From positions 124,001 through 188,000 of IMG/VR virus record IMGVR_UViG_3300046170_000519: 64,000 bases of DNA; one strand, given 5' to 3'. Below the pieces are notes generated by a model. The model worked only from the letters and a program-made list of their open reading frames with translations, had not been told where the DNA came from and did no database searches. This document shows positions 61,371-64,000 of the stretch, piece by piece (position 1 is the stretch's first letter; every line of letters starts with the position of its first letter). Made by a program: the position numbers and the translations under genes.

Positions 61371-62144
61371 ATGACTAAATCAAAAGCTTCCCTGCCTGAT
61401 AACTCCTTTGGCCCTAAAAGCTTCGAAAGAGATGAAAATGGGCTTTTAAAAAATGTTCAATATACATTCAATGAAGACGGCTCTATCGACTGGAGAGCCA
61501 TGGTAAGAGAAGAGCATTTATTTCCAAACAAAGCTTGGTTTGAAAGATTTAATAAACCAATGCCAAAATCTATTAATGGATTAAAAGATCATCAATTATT
61601 AATAAAACTTTCTGGGATAAAAGAGTTAGCTAGATTAAGAGGTTTTAATTCTGTTTCCTATGAAACGGTTGCGTGCAATCATGACCATGTAGCAGTTAAA
61701 TGTAAGATATCATTTATTGAAAACTACGAGACAAAAGAAATTGTTACATACGAAGACATGGCAAATGCAACAATAAATAACTGTAGTAGTTTTGCTGTAA
61801 AGTTTTTAGAAACTATTGCATGTAACAGAGCTTTTGTTAGAGCTGTTAGAAATTTTTTAAATGTCCATATTGTAGGTTTAGATGAAATGGATACATCTGA
61901 ATCCAGCCAACAAAACAAAGCAGACCAACCCTCTTCACTTAATTCTTTCTCCATACATTCAACTCTTGAAAAAGCAGCTAAAACCTCTTTAAACTGTAAT
62001 GATTTTGATTGCTTTAAAGAATTTTTAGTTGATCTTAAAAATTCTAACGAATATATTAATAGCGATGCTCCAAATTGGAAAAGCTATACAGATATACCAT
62101 CAAAAGAAGCTAGAATACTTTTGAAAATTTTAAAAAGTAATTAA
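61371..62144 (+). CDS. putative single-strand annealing recombinase (Rad52/ERF-like)
   Basis: VAVKCKISF...EDMANAT...ETIACNRAFVRAVRNFLNV...DEM resembles the SSAP core. Confidence 0.5.
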   Translation: MTKSKASLPDNSFGPKSFERDENGLLKNVQYTFNEDGSIDWRAMVREEHLFPNKAWFERFNKPMPKSINGLKDHQLLIKLSGIKELARLRGFNSVSYETVACNHDHVAVKCKISFIENYETKEIVTYEDMANATINNCSSFAVKFLETIACNRAFVRAVRNFLNVHIVGLDEMDTSESSQQNKADQPSSLNSFSIHSTLEKAAKTSLNCNDFDCFKEFLVDLKNSNEYINSDAPNWKSYTDIPSKEARILLKILKSN

Positions 62145-62491
62145 ATATATTTTTTGATTAAGAAATATACTAAAACAGGATATGTAAAAAAAGAAACTAT
62201 TGGTAAATAAACTGGACCGTTTAAATAATAACATAAAATTCCAGAAAAAATAGCTCCAACCCAATGACAAAAGCAAATAGGGCAAGTTAGCAACTCTCCT
62301 AAAATTCCCCAATTTTTATATACATATTCCTCAAAATCTGTCGGGGTATATATCATTACTTTTCTTCTTCTCAAGCATAACCAAATCTTTAAAAATTTAC
62401 ATTTCAATGTCGTTGTTTGCCATGTGAAAATCCAATTTAAGGTTGCTATAAAACCTAATATGTATATTTCTATAAATAATAAATTAATCAT
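62141..62491 (-). CDS. DUF1360-like membrane protein
   Basis: GELLTCPICFCHWVG between hydrophobic segments. Confidence 0.65.
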   Translation of the reverse strand: MINLLFIEIYILGFIATLNWIFTWQTTTLKCKFLKIWLCLRRRKVMIYTPTDFEEYVYKNWGILGELLTCPICFCHWVGAIFSGILCYYLNGPVYLPIVSFFTYPVLVYFLIKKYI

Positions 62492-62523
62492 AATAATATT
62501 ATGTATTATAAATGTATTCTTTT

Positions 62524-64000
62524 TTATTTCCAGTGTAATATTCCAGAGAATATACCGTAACCTTTATGTAAAACTCCTTTAGTCATTGCGTTTGGAGTTT
62601 TTGATAACATTGGATTATAATATCCAGGCCCCTTACCTGCTAAATTAAACTGAACAGAGTCTGCTACGAATGTTTGACCACAACCAACAGCTACTGGACC
62701 ACAAGCTAATGTATACTCTGGATTAATATCGAAATCTGCACTTCCACCAATTCTAGGCTTCCAAGATTTACAATCTAATTCCTGATTAAAAATATTAGTT
62801 ATTTCCCACTGATCTGCGCCGCTTAAAGTCAAACCTACTACCCCCGCATTCCATAAACTAACAACTATCCCCCCTTCTCCAGCACCAACTCCAGTAGGAA
62901 AAGCTCCTATAGTTTCTGTTGAAAAACTTCTATTAACTGAACAAGTTTGATCTACAGCTCTAGTAGCTGGATTCACAAGATTAACTTGCTTTGCAGCATA
63001 TGCCCCGCTATAAAATGTAAAATTAGTGAAATCGAAACAAGAAACAGAATCATCTATGCAAAAATTTTGAGAAGTGTTGAATGTTTTAATTGATGATGAA
63101 TTTTTAAATAGCGATCCGCTATACCCATTGGTTGCAGTAGTAAAATAACAATCATCTTTATAAAAATCTATTGCAGTGCAGACCCCACCTCCAAAATCTT
63201 CTTTAGAAAAATTTACTTGACCTGATGAATTTTCCTGAACTTCTATTTTGAATGCTCCTGAGTCTGTAGCTACATAACAAATATAATTTTCTCTATCACT
63301 TGCCATATCTGTAACATTTCCGCACGGTATAGTCTTTACTAGGCTCGAATTTAAATCTGATCCTTGACTTATTTTCACCATATCATAAATTAACACTCCT
63401 TTTCCAGTCTTTGAGCCAGGAAAATTTGTTCCCAATTCAGGCTGATATAGTTCTTTTTCAAAATCATTAGCTGGTTCGGGTGGCGGAGTGTATCCGCATG
63501 TACCAACTAATATATATTGACCAATTACTCCAACCCTGTAAGCTATTGCTCCAACATTTTGAAGTAATGTACTATCATCTCCAGTTATTATATCATAAAA
63601 CCCTACTCCCGCTTCCCCCATAGCATAAACAATAGTTTCTTGATGAAAAAATTCTGCCCCATAAATTCCATTAAAATCATCAAACCCATACCTCATGCCT
63701 TTTTCGTCCCCTCCCCAAAATTGCCCTAAACTTTTTAAAGCTCCGTCAAAAATCTGATCTTCACCTGATCCATGTCCTCCACCAATGGTTGCTTTATGAC
63801 TCATCGATCCTTCTTCTATTTTGTACAAAAAACCTCCAGATGATCCGCATGAAGCTATTAAATGTTTTCCGTCCGATTTTAGGTCGTAAATAAAATTAGC
63901 ATTTAAACTGCCTGAAGACTGTAAATCGTCATTCACCCTACTAGCGAAACTTGGTGAATTTAAATAAGGTTGTGTTGAGGAAGCTGGGCTACCTAAATAA
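62524..64000 (-). CDS. Gly-rich beta-propeller-like protein, 5'-truncated by the window edge
   Basis: The frame stays open upstream of the GTG at 63936 to the window end (YLGSPASSTQPYLNSPSFASRV); repeated short strands such as LIASCGSSGGFLY, YILVGT, CYVATDSG. Confidence 0.75.
   Translation of the reverse strand, partial: YLGSPASSTQPYLNSPSFASRVNDDLQSSGSLNANFIYDLKSDGKHLIASCGSSGGFLYKIEEGSMSHKATIGGGHGSGEDQIFDGALKSLGQFWGGDEKGMRYGFDDFNGIYGAEFFHQETIVYAMGEAGVGFYDIITGDDSTLLQNVGAIAYRVGVIGQYILVGTCGYTPPPEPANDFEKELYQPELGTNFPGSKTGKGVLIYDMVKISQGSDLNSSLVKTIPCGNVTDMASDRENYICYVATDSGAFKIEVQENSSGQVNFSKEDFGGGVCTAIDFYKDDCYFTTATNGYSGSLFKNSSSIKTFNTSQNFCIDDSVSCFDFTNFTFYSGAYAAKQVNLVNPATRAVDQTCSVNRSFSTETIGAFPTGVGAGEGGIVVSLWNAGVVGLTLSGADQWEITNIFNQELDCKSWKPRIGGSADFDINPEYTLACGPVAVGCGQTFVADSVQFNLAGKGPGYYNPMLSKTPNAMTKGVLHKGYGIFSGILHWK

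Noticed and set aside
49997-62312. Short antisense or nested ORFs in the enzyme region (e.g. 52586-52873, 54659-54880, 55820-56188, 57519-57743, 61724-61954)
   Set aside because: They overlap well-supported genes and lack recognisable motifs or expression signals.
62501-62510. Shared TATAATACAT 10-mer upstream of nrdB and the DUF1360-like gene as a separate regulon
   Set aside because: Only two copies, and it largely equals a -10 box; a -35 box is convincing only for nrdB.
63934-63936. GTG as the true start of the 470-aa ORF
   Set aside because: The frame remains open to the window end, so the real start is probably outside.
1-64000. Eukaryotic giant virus (NCLDV) or cellular chromosome origin
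   Set aside because: Sigma factor, bacterial SSB, sigma70 promoters, overlapping operons, LysM and a lipobox favour a bacteriophage. No ribosomal or housekeeping genes were seen. No capsid or terminase gene is in the window, so this is not proven.

Overview
AT-rich, gene-dense segment that reads as a large (jumbo-type) bacteriophage genome. It has bacterial-style overlapping operons, sigma70-type promoters, a phage sigma factor, SSB, a dNMP kinase, a dUTPase and a ribonucleotide reductase. I found no rRNA, tRNA, CRISPR array or transposase. About 45 kb (1-2.8 kb and 6.3-48.8 kb) encodes a family of huge minus-strand proteins with Thr-X dipeptide stalks and Cys-rich modules and no obvious signal peptides. 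One is a 4048-aa LysM...trypsin-like protease protein. Another is a ~20.7-kb gene (20079-40744, ~6,890 aa) that the ORF track splits into pieces: the listed 319-aa ORF is its in-frame C-terminus, and about six indels interrupt its ~19-kb (Thr-Glu/Thr-Gln)n array. A nucleotide-sugar/glycosyltransferase cassette lies directly upstream. Together these separate nrdA from nrdB by ~46.5 kb. NrdB carries the class Ic (Mn/Fe, tyrosyl-radical-less) signature. Two promoter classes are visible: TTGA(C/T)T-N16/17-TAnnAT before replication/metabolism genes, and a GTGTA(A/T) motif at the head of most stalk-protein and lysis-like operons. The best candidate for a new system is a phage-encoded, possibly glycosylated, micron-scale Thr-X fibre coat. 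Family assignments come from motif recognition only; no searches were run.
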